From positions 186,001 through 250,000 of the forward strand of contig JALDTO010000164.1 of assembly GCA_023515725.1 (NCBI GenBank): 64,000 nucleotides of DNA. The letters run 5' to 3'. The DNA comes from Amoeboaphelidium protococcarum X5. Lineage: Eukaryota > Fungi > Aphelidiomycota. This document shows, piece after piece, positions 29,671 through 43,268 of the stretch. Position numbers and translations under genes: made by a program. Position 1 is the first letter of the stretch. Each line of letters opens with the position of its first letter. The notes below the pieces were generated by a model. It did not search any database, was not told where the DNA came from, and saw nothing but the letters and a program-made list of their open reading frames with translations.

Positions 29671-31587
29671 TCAGAATAAAGTCTCATTAACACCGAGAAC
29701 CATTTCATGTAGACCACGACCAGCAGGCACCATTGGATAGACGTGTTCGGTCGCTTCTACTCTGCAGTCGAGGACAACAGGACGTGATCCAGTGCCATTG
29801 TTGCCAGTATCTGCTTATAAGAACTCTTTCAGTCCCGATTCCAGATCCTATTCACGGTCAATACGTAATCCCTAACAATTCATACTCTCTGCCAACTTTA
29901 CGAAATCTGGATTACACATCTTGGTGCCAGAGTATCGATTCTCATAAAATAGATCCTACCACTGTCTGACCATGCCTTGGAATTCATTATTAAGAATCAG
30001 GACTTTAACTCCGACATTGAATTCAGACGCAGTCATCAGCTCCATACCAGTCATGCTGAACGACGCGTCTCCATCAACGTCAATTACAAAGTGATCAGGC
30101 CGAGCGATTTTACAGCCAATGGCAGCTGGCAATCCAAATCCCATAGTGCCGAGACCTCCTGAAGTTACCAGTGTTCTTGGATGTCGCCATCTAATGAACT
30201 ACGCGGCCCACATCTAATGCTGGCCAACACCAGTGGTGAATGTGACTCTATTCCTCTCCATATCCTTCTATATTAGATTATTGAGCACACTCAGAACTTT
30301 CTGAGGTTTCAATGCACCTGTCTGGGCCATCTCGTTCTCTTCCTACGAGGTGAATGCATTATCAAATCTAAAAGGGTATTTCTGCTTCCAAAACTAGATC
30401 TAGTTCAGCCACTCTTTACGATCCTTCTATTCAATATTGTGATTCTGGATCAACTACTCAAGGCCTTTACTCAAATCTCCTTCTACGGAGCACGTCACAC
30501 CGACAATCTTGCCAATATTCTTTGGACTGATATCAAATTGCACGATACCACCTCTACCCTCCTATTCGGCACGCCTGGCTTCTGGCGCAAACTTGTTCAA
30601 TGCACCAGTGACTCTATCATCGAACCGCGCACCCAGACTAATGATCAAATCGGCATTCTACATGGCCAAGTTGGCATACGCTGCACCGTGCATACCCAAC
30701 ATATGAAGAGATAATGGATGCATCTCATCAAATGCACCCATTCCTTGTATAGTCGTGGTGACAGGTATCTGCGCTTTGATGGCCAATTCACGCAATAGTC
30801 TAACAGAATCTGGTGAACTGATAGCTCCATTACCAGCATATATAACAGGTCTCTTGGCCTTGTTAATCAGATAAGCCACGTATTCAATGTCTTACAGCCA
30901 CTACTACCTCTTATCATCCTCTCTATGCTTGATATGAACACCTGGCACGGATATCTCGTCACAGGCCTCCTTTCGCAAGACATTGGCACCAACATCCTTA
31001 GGAAGATCGACCAATACAGGACCAGGCCGTCCATCTTGCGCAATGTAAAAGGCTTCATTCAAAAGTCGGGGTAGATCTGCCACATCCTTGCACATGACAT
31101 TCCACTTGGTACATGCACGCGTTATTCCAATGACATCAGCTTCCTGGAAAGCATCAGTACCAAGAGAGGATGTCGGCACTTGGCCACTGACACACACCAT
31201 GGGAATACCATCAGATAACGCATCTTGCATCGGAGTGACGCAATTAGTAGCACCAGGACCACTGGTCAGTAGGACAACAGAGGGCTTTCCCGTACATCGC
31301 GCATAACCCTCAGCCATATGTCCGGCACCTTGCTCATGACGCGGTAGAACAAGCTGAAAGTGCGGAGACTCATAGATTGCATCAAATACAGGCAGAATAG
31401 CACCACCCGGATATCCAAATACGTGTTTCACACCCTACTTCCTCATAACCTCATGAAATATCTATCCACCAGTCATTCCTTTATATGATATCTTGGTCAA
31501 GGCTTGAACATTCGGTTGATGAGTAATAGTTTCCACCGGCTTTGTCTTTAGAGCGCTAAACTGTCTCCGAATGCTTAGACTAATCAT
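29671..31587 (-). CDS. ILV2: Acetolactate synthase catalytic subunit
   Basis: [71 protein letters not shown]; intronless. Confidence 0.96.
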
Positions 31588-31766
31588 GATCCCCAGTCTA
31601 TAATATATTTCCAAGTATTGATGTATATAAATATTCTAATGCAAATAAGCTCACTTAGTAGATTAAACGGAAGAGAGTGGGATTATTGAAAGAGGAAAAG
31701 CCAGCCAGTTGTTGAAATTTCATTCGGCGTTTCTTGCCGCAGCCTTTAAACTCTCATCGCTTTAAT

Positions 31767-31785
31767 CCGTCCGTCCGTCCGTCCG
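31767..31785. repeat. Short (CCGT)n microsatellite upstream of ILV2
   Basis: ccgtccgtccgtccgtccg read directly from the sequence. Confidence 0.7.
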
Positions 31786-31963
31786 ACCAATCGATCTCTC
31801 TGAAATCTGTTACGCCGCGCTTCTGTTTCAAACACACGCGACTTTATACACGCACGTTCATCTGGTGACTATTAAACATTGTATTTTAGTGTCAGTTTTG
31901 TTTTAGAATATAGAAAATATAACGAGCATCAGATATTCAAATAGATATTCAAAAGTATAATTA

Positions 31964-33047
31964 TCATGACTCTTCTTCAACGAGGGGCGGCATACAGTAC
32001 TCGACAAACAGATTCTGGTCATGATAAGGAATCATCAACTGCAAGCTCATCACTCCAATAGCATTGATACGAATAGCAACTTTGAATGCAAAGTTTAGAG
32101 CATTGAGACAGAGAGGTATAAATGACGGGAGATAAGAGTTAATACTGGGAACTTGACACGTGTAAAACTCAATAACATTCTTCTCAAAGTCCATTATCAC
32201 TTTGGCATCATCGACATTAGACTGACCGCTAACAGAGATCACCGGATCCACAGCTCTTGTCTCAAAGCGGACAAATTTGGCATTTTACATTTCTCTGAGA
32301 GCCTCTTTCAACCACTAAGCCTACAATACTTATTAATATTCAATCACCACATGACGATGGGTATCAGATACTCATAATGTCATAGTATTATATGAGAGAC
32401 ATATCTATATTACCTTGAGAATGACGCGACAAACTGTCGGGTGAGAATCGAACGCGAAACGAGACATTTACTCGTTGGAATACGTTGCAAACTTGCACAC
32501 TGTAGTCAGACACCCACTATCATCCAGGACTCTACACACTTAATATTGATGTTATACGGAATTTGATGTTGGGTATAATAACCTTACATTAAATCCAAAT
32601 GATCTTCCTCAATTATAATATTTAAAGCAGAATCTCCACCAATGGCAGATCGTGGATGATCATTCTTTTACAGTGAATATGAAGAAGATGAAACTTGCTT
32701 GCTGAACAGAGTCAAGCAGTCCAACATTTGGGTGAGGTTGAACGTTACAGATACATCATCAGCAGGTTATTGATTCTACTGTCCATTTAAATTGAATTCA
32801 CCAAATAATTTCCTTTCAATAAAACTGCAAGCTTGTAAAGACGATGTGACCTGTGCTATAAACTTGAGACCACTCTCAGACGCTATACACGTAACAACCT
32901 ACAGATATTTAAGAGAGAGAGAGAGTTCGTTAATTTAAACTTGATTCAAAGAGACGTTTAAATTCATACCTCACTCTGTAATGGCTTGAGAGCCATCACT
33001 AGTATCTTAACATTATCCAACGATGCCTCCACTCTTTATATTGTCAT
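31964..33047 (-). CDS. RAD1: 9-1-1 checkpoint clamp subunit RAD1
   Basis: EASLDNVKIL..ALK, SGLKF......LQAC.FI...LF.EF, FNLTQMLDCL.LF, KVAIRINAIGVMSLQLMI......FVEY; two introns. Confidence 0.85.
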
Positions 33048-33258
33048 TATAAGATTCCTGTGTGTAATAAGTACTGTATACTGTAGTTCAGTAACGCGTC
33101 AAGAAAGCTTTCAGTCGAAACAAATGAAAAGTTGAAAAAATCGTTATAACACTTCTATCCCGCTGAAAGTATAGAGAAAGATCATAGTAGATTCATACCC
33201 ATTTTAAAATAGAGATAGTTAATTCGCGTTTTAATAATAATTATAGATCTAATTAAGT

Positions 33259-34425
33259 ATGGTGTAAGAGAGTGAACGTAAATGCTAAAAGCTTGTCCTG
33301 GATTCTGGTGCAATTATTCGCGGAGATGATTCGATATTCAATCTATCACAGGAGTATTTCACCATTCCAGAGGTGTTGAGTGAATTAAAGGATGGTAAAG
33401 TGCGCGAACGGTTGAATAGATTGCCGTTTGATATTAAAGTATAATCGCCTTCTGCCAAGTCTATAGCACGCGTATTGCAGTTTGCGAAAGGCACTGGTGA
33501 TTATTCAGTTCTCTCCCAGGTGGATTTACGCGTCATTGCTCTTACTCTTGATCTGCACGGTGATCTGCATGGTGAGTCGACTGTCAATTTCACTCCTTTA
33601 CAAGCTCATACGCGCGCCGGTGGTAGTGTCGTTGGTAGATAGAAATCTGTATCAAGCTAGCGACCAACTCAATAATTGAATGAAGATGTTGCGGAATCGA
33701 TTTAAAAGTTATCTGTCAATGATCATGATTCCATGATAGATCCTCCTTAGAGTGGTAGTTAAGAGGATAAGACTGCTGCAGAAGCAGATTCGAAGGATAT
33801 TGAGAGCGACGATAGTGATGGATGGATAACACCATAGAATTACAAAACTGTCAATTCCTCTGTCGCTGTTAAAGATAACACACCTCTAGTTCAAGTGCAA
33901 TGTATGACTACCGATTATGCAATGTAGAATGTATTGCTGCAGATGAAACTTGGTGTTGTCAGTGTTGACGGACTGCGTATTACACAGCTGAAATAATCAG
34001 TTCTGCGATGCCACGGATGCTTTCATGTGACCAAAGATATGGATAAGAAATTCTGTCCCAAGTGTGGTGGCAATACTTTGATTCGTACCAGCATGTCTGT
34101 CGATACATAGACTGGCGAAGTGGTGTATCATTTAAAAAGGAATTTTCAGTATCGTGTCAGAGGTACTGTGTATTCGATTCCTGAGGCCAAAGGTGGTCGT
34201 GATGGTGACATGGTTCTCCGTGAAGATTAGAAAGAGTTTCAGCGAGCGACGCATCAGCGAAAACGAGAGGAGCAAAAATTGGAGAAGGTGCTCCTATCTG
34301 GTCAGGCATACGATGATTATGATTTGGATCTATTTTCCGGAAAAGGTGGACGTGGCCGTGTACAAGGTGTCAATGGCACTATTGGTTATGGTCGACGTAA
34401 TCCCAATGAGAAGAGAAGGAAATGA
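33259..34425 (+). CDS. NOB1: 20S pre-rRNA D-site endonuclease NOB1
   Basis: PIN domain LVLDSGAII, TIPEVLSELKD, TGDYSVLSQVDL, TTDYAMQNVLLQM; zinc ribbon LRCHGCF...FCPKCGGNTL; RGTVYSIP; GYGRRNPNE. Confidence 0.95.
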
Positions 34426-34493
34426 AATATGAAAGTCTCTTTCCGACTTGATTGAGCAGAATATATTCATTGTGGTATCTCAATACATATTTC

Positions 34494-37400
34494 TCATTCT
34501 CTTGATGTTTAAAAGTGCTTTAGTAGATCGGATTCTCCCTCAGGTGGGGCTTTATCTGACCAGCGATGATAATACAAGGTCAATACTTCTTAAGCCAGAC
34601 TCAAGTTCTTGGTGGATACACATTATTCTATCATGTTATCCACCCAGTCTTGATTTACCATACATTACACAAACTCTTGTCTTAGCTCTTGATTGAAATA
34701 GACCAGCCTGAACAACTTTCTTTCATTGATGAATTAAAAAGCAGCACAGCGAATAATAGGAGAGCTTATTACAATGCCACGTGAAGTGATAAGTGAATTT
34801 GCAAATAGACTTTCCAGCTCGCCATTCTCAGAAGTGTTTAATGCTTCTCCGACTTGCTGATTGACAATATTCTAATCATAATGGACAAGAAGTTGTAATA
34901 AAGCCAGCTTATCAAGCAATTCGTACTACGCTATACTTTCCACGACAGTGTTCAAAGGCAAAGAAGAATTGGCAGGTTGCAGCGATATCAAGAGAGATTG
35001 CAGCATTGAATATAAGCCATGATCTTAAATTATCTCGATGGAACACACGCACTTTACCAAAATACCAGGCAGAATATCCGACTACTTCTACAAAGCATCA
35101 GCCTTATTGAGGCGTTCCAATAGAGGCACAACGAACCGGATTTGCTTCTAATCAATCAGCTTAAGGAGCAGCTTTTTCCATAAAGCCAAATCTTGAAAAC
35201 AGTTATAATCTACCAAAAGATTACAAATAAACTAGATCACCTTCCGCTCTTCACTTCTATTCACCCAGAGGGAGCGAGCAAACGCCACTTTATCAAGCTT
35301 ATACAACTCTCTTGTGCGCACAGATATCTTCAAATCTTCGCAATCAGCCAGATAGAGCAGAATTTGGAGATAACTGCAGATATCAGTATACTTGTGAATT
35401 CTGTTAATCTCTTCTGAAGAGTTGACTTTCAGTAACACTATAATCGCGCGGATTCGAATCATTGTTGAAATCTTTGTGGATTAATCATAAGCAGTCTTGA
35501 GTAAAAGGTTGATTCTAACCTCCGTACTCAGATGTGATACTATACGAATCAGTTGTTCTTGAAGCACATACTCGACATTCTCTTAAACTCCGCATAGATT
35601 CTTCTTCAACGCAATAGAAGGAAGCTCATCCTTAAAAGTTGTTCGCGCAACCTTGGTCTTTATCAAATCAAGATACTGATCCGAGAGCACCTCCTGCAGA
35701 TTACATTAACTCTTCTTGCATATGAGAATACAAACCTTCTCCACAACTTTGATATCTACTGACTGGTCAATATGCAGCGCTTATATCAAGTCGTACGCAC
35801 CCTCAAAAGTAGACAAAAACTGAGTCAGCTTGAACTGTTCTAGTATGAGATCTAATTCTTTAAGAACTACCTCATTGCGCAGCTTTTGAACTAATGCGCG
35901 GCATTCCACTAAACTTTGATGTTTTTCAGCCATGCCAAGAACAGCTTTAAGTGCTTATACCTTCTATGCCAATTTCCCTTGACCAGCTACAACCATACTA
36001 TAACATGCCTCTAAACCTGATGGTATATTCTTCAATTTGTTCAGCAAGAGCTTAAACTCTGCAACTTCAAAAGTGGAAGAGTTTATCATCGACTTTACTG
36101 TACAAATGTAAAACTTATCCTAATCAAGGCTTAGAGGTACAGACAACGGTAATAGCTGGTACAGTGTACTCATACTTAGTTCCTTCTCCAACACAAGCCA
36201 TGGATTCATCACAAGAAGATGGTAAGGCAATCTTTCAAAAGAGCTCGTATCGCATTACTCTGTGGCAAGCAAAACATCTGATTAATAATCCTTCTTATAT
36301 ACTCGCTTGTAAGACTTGAGAATATCCAAGATCAGCTCGCCCTTCGTTGATATATCATCATTGGGATCAAGCAACTTAACAAGCTCAAATATGATGCCAA
36401 TCTTCTCGTAATCAAAAAGAGAGCAAGACTACTACGCCAATTTGATGATGTCCAGCAGAGGAGCCCTCTGGTCTACAGACAATGCCGCGGCAATCAGTTA
36501 CGTCTTGTACTAATCCAAATTTGGACACTCTTGTAGCATTAGCTGCACGTATGAATACAAGGGCTGATCACTTTCAATATTCAAATCATCGCAGTATTAA
36601 ACAATCAGCTGCAGATCATAATTAGTGCATCTAAGCAAGACAGGAATAAGGGACTTGACGTACTCAGGGTCACTGCGGAATCTATCCTCAACAAAATCAA
36701 TCTGCAAAGAAGTCAATTTCTGCCACCATTTAGCATTGCGAATCAGAGTCTCCAATTATACACTAAAGCTCCTCTGCTACCACAACAAAGCCGCGCCCAC
36801 ACCCACCTCGGCAATTGATTATAGACGACCAAATTCTTTGTTCACATGTGCCAATGCATTCTTTATACAATCAAATCCACTTCTTTGCGGCAATGATAGA
36901 AGAAGCTATAGAGCAAGTTACTGATCCACTTTCTCACATGTAAAGATCTTCAATAGCTGACGCTAAGCAACCTTCTCCAACAATGTAATGCAGTCTTCTG
37001 TCAAATATTACTTTGATTATATTTCCAACATTATCGCAGTCTCAGCCAGCAAAGAAGACCTGTTAAGATCAAAGAAATATACAACGTCAGAACAAGAAAT
37101 GTCAGGCTCAGCAGCTTTCTTTGAAGAGACTTTCTTTACTTATCTAGATGAATACTAAAGACGTTGCAGGATAAAGCCAAGCACAAGATTGCACGCCTCT
37201 TTGGTATTGACAATCAACGATTGATCATCATACTGTTCACCAAACAAGATATTTCTCATTCTATTCATCACATCCACCTAAGATGATGATGATGATGATG
37301 GATACCCAATGATGGACGACTAATAACTACCTGAGACACTCGTTTGATACACAATAGAGAAGAACTCGATACTTTGCAGAAGGGACAACCATCTAGATAT

Positions 37401-40400
37401 ATCATGCTCGCCACCATTTTATAAGCTACCATTCAGCACTGCTTATAAGGCATCAAGAACGGACAAACTATAATCACCATCCTTACCACTGACAGAAGCT
37501 CGGAGTATCAACGCTACTAACTCACTAAACATTTCTACTTTACAGTTTTAGAGAGAACCCATCTATGAAATCAGAAGATCCATCGGAAGATTTTCAGTCG
37601 TTACAGCAAAGCTTTGCAACTACGCAGCAACACAATCTTCTACGCCCAGATCGATAAGATAACACAATCTGCTTTATTCAGCCGACGATATTACATAACT
37701 TTTATTCATGAAATTATCCGCAAGCTTTGATTTTCTGACGTCTGAGCATTTGAAATCCTCCTCAGTCAAAGAGATATCAAACTCATCCTTCAAAGCAATA
37801 ATCTTACTAGTGATACTACCAAGACTCGACATAGCTTGAAAAAACTCTTCTCCAGCACACTTGATTTATTACGAGTCACATACGGCAGATGCTAAAATAT
37901 TCAATTATTTCATATATGAGAGGCTAAAATAATCATTACATCGCATAGATTTTAAACGCAGATACTCGATGCTCTCTTCAATCACCAAGACAAAGAATCT
38001 AGAAGGAATTTTGGACAAAATAAAGCAGACTTCATCGCCACTCAATTTTGATACACAGCATTTCAAAATGTCAACCAGAATCTCTCTCTATAAATCGTCA
38101 GCCAGGTGTGAAAAGAGAATCTCCAAATCTTAGTAAATGTCTTGCACGGACTTTTGAGTACACATTGAACGAAATACTTTTCTAGCCACAGCTTTATCCG
38201 TAAAATCGACACCGTGGTAGCCGTGATTCCATAGGATTTACTTGCACTTCAGAATACTTATCAGATCCCTGGTTTCCTCATTCTCTCCAACATCAATACC
38301 ATTTATAAAGTTTTGCATATCCATGCTTAGAGGTATCTTTGCACACTGTAAATATGACATCTGACATTAAGAGCGAGAGGTATCATCTGATATCAAAGAC
38401 AATATGCAGTAAACACGTTCCTCATCAGGTTGTGTAGCTGCTCCAAAGGACTCAAGCATGCATTGGCAATACTTTAATAAAATATCCTCTTTTGACACTT
38501 AAAATTAAGCAAGCATACTACAGAAACTTTCATGTTGTACCGCCTGCTTCAGGGAGTCTACAGTTGTAAATGAGTCCAATACTTTACAGACAAGATCGTT
38601 AGAATTCAAAGATAAATATTCTTGGTGAATTTCTAGTCGAAGCTAAAGCCCTTTCTCCAATGCCATTATTGCATTCATATTGCACTACAACTGATGCAAA
38701 TTTTAAAGAGACTGAGGCCTCTCGTTTACCAGGAACGGCTACATTGACTGCATTTTAACATAGTCGCCAGGAGTAATACATTAATTGTCACCACCAGCCT
38801 GAGAGTCTAGAACAGATTACAGTAATTTTAAAGCCTCGTCAATAGAGCTATCAGCCAATCTTAAGCACTGATCATACGCCCAGTGACACAGCTCGTCCAG
38901 GATGGCAAGATCTTTATAGGCAGCCGGAGTGATATGCATACTTAACAACTTGCTATAACGCATTACATTAATCTCACCAGGAGTTGCATTCAAGAACTAT
39001 TTCAAATCTCCGGCCAGCCACTAAAAGTCTCGTTAATGATGTCGAATCAGAATAATATCAAGAGAATCGAAATCCTTTTATGACACTCGTTGCAGCAGAA
39101 TCTCTATCCATGACTAGGACTGGAAATCAGTCCATTGTCTTACATCTACTTCAGCACCATGCAGTATGACGAAAGTCTCAAACTTGCGCTTAAAGTCAAG
39201 GAAAGCCTCACTTACAGCTTAAGAGAGTGATACACCAAATATTTTGCCGTAGATAACATTCAAAATAACTTACAGCTATTTGAGCGATGCAGGAATATAA
39301 CACTAACAAGCTTTACACATAACCTCAACACAATTCAGAGCTTCAGCATTTAAAAGTATCCATTCGAGTAGTTTAGGGCCGCTAGATCCATTCGTATCCG
39401 CTTGACTAAGAATTTTGTCAAAATCAATGCCCTGTTCTTGAGAAATTTAGTAAGCAACATCAAATTACTCGGTATTTATAAGATTAAGAACAATCTAGAC
39501 AGGGTCAGCATTAAATTCTAGCTCTAGAAGCTATAGACTTGAGGAAGATTATAACCTTCTTATTCTAAAAGCCAAAAGTTGACTGCCCAAAGAGCGGATG
39601 AACAAGCTAGACTCCTCTACACTACAAACCCAAATCTTATTGCTGAGATTCTTTAGCTCATATAAAGCATATTTCCCATCAATCATTTCGATCAATATCA
39701 GCTACTTACCATCATGAGCGAAGGATTTGAAGGATTAAACACCATTAAATAGCTACTTCACTAATGTGGCGCGACGACGATCGATGATAAATAATACTCC
39801 ATTTTGAGTAAGCAGCAGCGATTATCGTGCATCAAGTATTTGCACACTTTTAAGTTGCATATCCGTGAATTATGAGCAGTCAATTTACCTAACTAATTCA
39901 AACCGAGAATCTATAATTCGAGCTACAACAAGTTAGCCATCAGACACCAAAAGCACTTCTCCCTCAGCATACGTGACTGACAATAACTATCCCTTGGTCT
40001 GGCAACTTAAATCAATAGCATCTTGTTTATATACATCAACAGTCAGCTCACTTAGACATTCATGTTCGGGGAGTATAACGCAATGATAATTTTCAAACAC
40101 CACCAAAATAGATCCCAAATCACTGCAAGCCGTCAGAAATAAAACATTGCGTTCCAAGTGAATTTCCTTTACAATGTTGCAATCTTCAACACTCAAACTT
40201 CTGAGAACATTCTGATGGTCAACTAGAATCATATGCTTTCCGTCTGCGGAAGGTACGGCACATTTTATTGCAGACTCAAGCTTGAAAAATGGCGATAGAC
40301 TGCATACATCTTCAGACAGTTGGTAAACGGAACATCCAGCAACAACATACAAATCATTGGAGCATTGCACAATACGAACATTTTGAATATTATCAACTCC

Positions 40401-40538
40401 CTCCATGTCAGTGTTAAAGAGGAGCTTTTGAGAGACGGATAGTTGCCTATTTCCTGCAACAGTGTCATCAACTTTCTCAACGTCTAAGCGCCTAACTTTC
40501 ATGGGTGGCCCAGCATTCTCCACATTTTCCTTCTCCAT
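34494..40538 (-). CDS. KNTC1: Kinetochore RZZ subunit Rough deal/KNTC1 (about 2014 aa)
   Basis: The 5' and 3' ends are in the same frame across 6 kb. N-terminal beta-propeller-like region, helical solenoid, and Rod_C-like segment RIRAIIVLL...LLYLADCEDLKI.....LYKLDKVAFARSLWVN.......FICNLLVDYN..DLALWKKLLLKL. Confidence 0.8.
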
Positions 40539-40840
40539 ATTTCTGAATAAAACCGTTGAATTTATGACTAGATTAGTGACTAAAAATAAGAATGTAATAA
40601 TGTTGCTACAGGATGAAGGTGAACAGGTATTGAATGTGGAAAAGTTTGAAACGCGACTAAAGAGAACGCGATCTGAAACAGGAGAACAACTTGTTGATGA
40701 GTAACGCGCCGCGATCAAAGGAGAGCACTCCTCTATCTATCTCAAGGGCGGGGTGTAATTGCAGTCACATCGTGAGAAAATATTTCAATCTGATTTCGCA
40801 CTCTTCTAAATTTTAAGATCTTTACTCAATATCAACAAAA

Positions 40841-41584
40841 ATGAATTTGAAATTACTCGTATCCGCCATATATTTGGTGATATCTTTCTGTGTCAATAAT
40901 GTGATCAGCTAGCCAGTGATAACGATGACTGATTTCGCTGGGAATTTAGATCCAGAATTAGACAATGAAGCATTGCATCAACTGGCGATGGAAATGTCGG
41001 ACTAGAGCACACAAGATCATGTCGCGTTAAATGAAATTCTAGGCGTTGATTCCATTGATTAAGATAAAGACAAGGCAAGATCAGATGATGAAGTGTTATA
41101 ATCCATGGATTAGATCGATTCTGCAGTTTAACAAGGCACGTAAAGAATTTAGCCGGGAAATCTTGCTGAAAGAGCAATGCGGCGTAGAAACAATCACGCT
41201 AATTAAATGCTACAATTTGTGCCAATGCACGCCACAGGCTCTTAAGTGCTTGTAACTCCTCAATAGTTACAAGATGCATCTAATCGTCATGTGCCAATGA
41301 GCACTTACACGCAAAATATCATGAATTAAGAAATTCAATATCAGCGGTGTCTGGAAATATATCACTAAGAGTTATGCGAAATACAGTACTTGCATCCGGC
41401 TATTAGAAGGCGCGGTAGAGGGGAACCACTATCAGAGATGATCCCCACTCTAGCGACTGGACATGTTTTACCGCCATAATAGTCAAGCCATGTGTTATCT
41501 AATCCAAAAGTTGGCGATCTCGAACATTATCGAATTTGCAATGGAAAATTTTACAAGATTTCCAGTAGAAAAATATGCTTCTGA
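40841..41584 (+). CDS. Orphan secreted protein (247 aa)
   Basis: Signal peptide MNLKLLVSAIYLVISFCVNNVIS-QP, acidic N-terminal half, RRR clusters, four Cys in the C-terminal part; open to TGA41582-41584. Confidence 0.7.
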
Positions 41585-41872
41585 ATGAATGGAATACTGC
41601 GAGTAGAATATATGAATGAACAAGTACAACTATCATATTTGATGCGACATTATTATATTTTTGCTCATTTTTTTCAATGATACAGCATCATGGTAATTGT
41701 ACTACAATATTGTTACATGTCACGAAGTTACATGGCGGGTCTCGTGTCACCATGTGAATTGAAAGATCTGGATCTCGAGCAATCGGACATTTAAATTCCC
41801 AACATTGATATATCTTTCATTCATCTAAATTATTTCGATCATATTTAAAATAGATTATTAGATAATTGCAAG

Positions 41873-42535
41873 ATGAAGGTGTAATTTTGCGTTATTGCTT
41901 CTGCGTTGTTACTGGTTAATCTCTACGCGAGACCGCAATTTGGTGATGATTTCGATGGTTAGTACATGCAATCTGGCGATGAGTCTGATCTGACTGCCCA
42001 ACTCCTAGACTCTGATAGCTATGGTAGTAACGAGCCTAGTCTCTTCTCTACAGAATCGTATCAAGAATCTAATGGTGATGGCAGCGGTTTCGGCGGGGAC
42101 ATGGTAAAATTTAATGATGATCAGCTATCAGCTAATGGTAATAGCGGTAGACAATCTCGTTAATCACGTGATATGTCTCAAGCTGCTTTGAGAAACAGCA
42201 AATTCAATCAGGAGTAAGATGCATTCTACGGGTTCATGCCATTAGAAGAAACAGGTGAAAGACACACAAAGCCGCAGTATCCTGATCAAACTGCACTCTA
42301 CCCGTAAAGAGTAAAGGCTCACAAGTAGAGACACAAGAAAAGCAGAAGTGGCTAGAGGTCTGGTGGTTTATCGTCTGCGCGTCAACGTAATCACCCTCAC
42401 AGTGACATGAAACGCCCATCTCAGCAATCGCTTCAAGAGCAGTTTCAGCGTCGTCGCAGAAGCCAGAGACAGAGAAATCATGTTGTGGACTACAAATCAT
42501 TGAATGGTGGTGATTCTGAGACTGAGTAATAATGA
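41873..42535 (+). CDS. Orphan secreted low-complexity protein (220 aa)
   Basis: Signal peptide MKVQFCVIASALLLVNLYA-RP, acidic Ser/Asp/Gly-rich N half, basic C half (KAHKQRHKKSR, QRRRRSQRQR); ends TAA-TAA-TGA. Confidence 0.72.
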
Positions 42536-42575
42536 TGATTTTGAGGGTTAAATTAATTGCAGTTTATTTTTTACA

Positions 42576-43121
42576 TTATGGCGCTTTCACATTAGTTTTG
42601 CACAATATGAGATATTCTGAATCTGAAAGACCAACTTCATCGCCAGTCCCGTACAACAATATTTCACACCCCAGTAGTTCAAGATCAGCGTAAACACACT
42701 CAAAAATCGGACCAATGACAATGAGACGCGTAACGGAAGGAAACGCATTGAGATACTGTTCAATCACCGAAAAATGACGAGGATAACAAAATAGGAGCAC
42801 TTGACAACCCGGAGGCAGACTGTGAGGCGTTTGAATTCCAACCGGAAGTAATTAGATTTAACTCTCGTCCATGTATCTATTGGAGGGAGCTTTTTCAATT
42901 CCATGTATATTCAAGTTTACAGAATGTTTCCCACTAGTTTTACTCTGGTCAAAGTGCTTTTAAAAACGATACTCGAAATATCCACTGCCAAAACCAACAC
43001 TAGTCATTGTAATATTGCGACCATCCATGCGCAGTATAAAGTCTTGTAAAATATTGAACAACTTTTCATCAAAATACCGAACGCAGCACCAAGGCTTCAC
43101 TTCTGATTATATTGAGCTCAT
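42576..43121 (-). CDS. Class I SAM-dependent methyltransferase-like protein (3' end uncertain)
   Basis: SVGFGSGYFE motif-I-like, IHGIE, LLFCYPR, LIVIGP. The fold appears complete at TAA42576-42578 but the first in-frame TGA is at 42234-42236. Confidence 0.6.
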
Positions 43122-43268
43122 TTCCCCTCAGTAATTAAGCTATGATAGATCGTGGGCAGCTTAAAATGATCTAAGATTGCGCGATGAGACGCGATAGCTC
43201 GTTCGCCTCTTGGTTTAAAACTCTCTTCTACCAGTGTGTGAGTAAATTAACCTAAAACTAAGCCTGTA

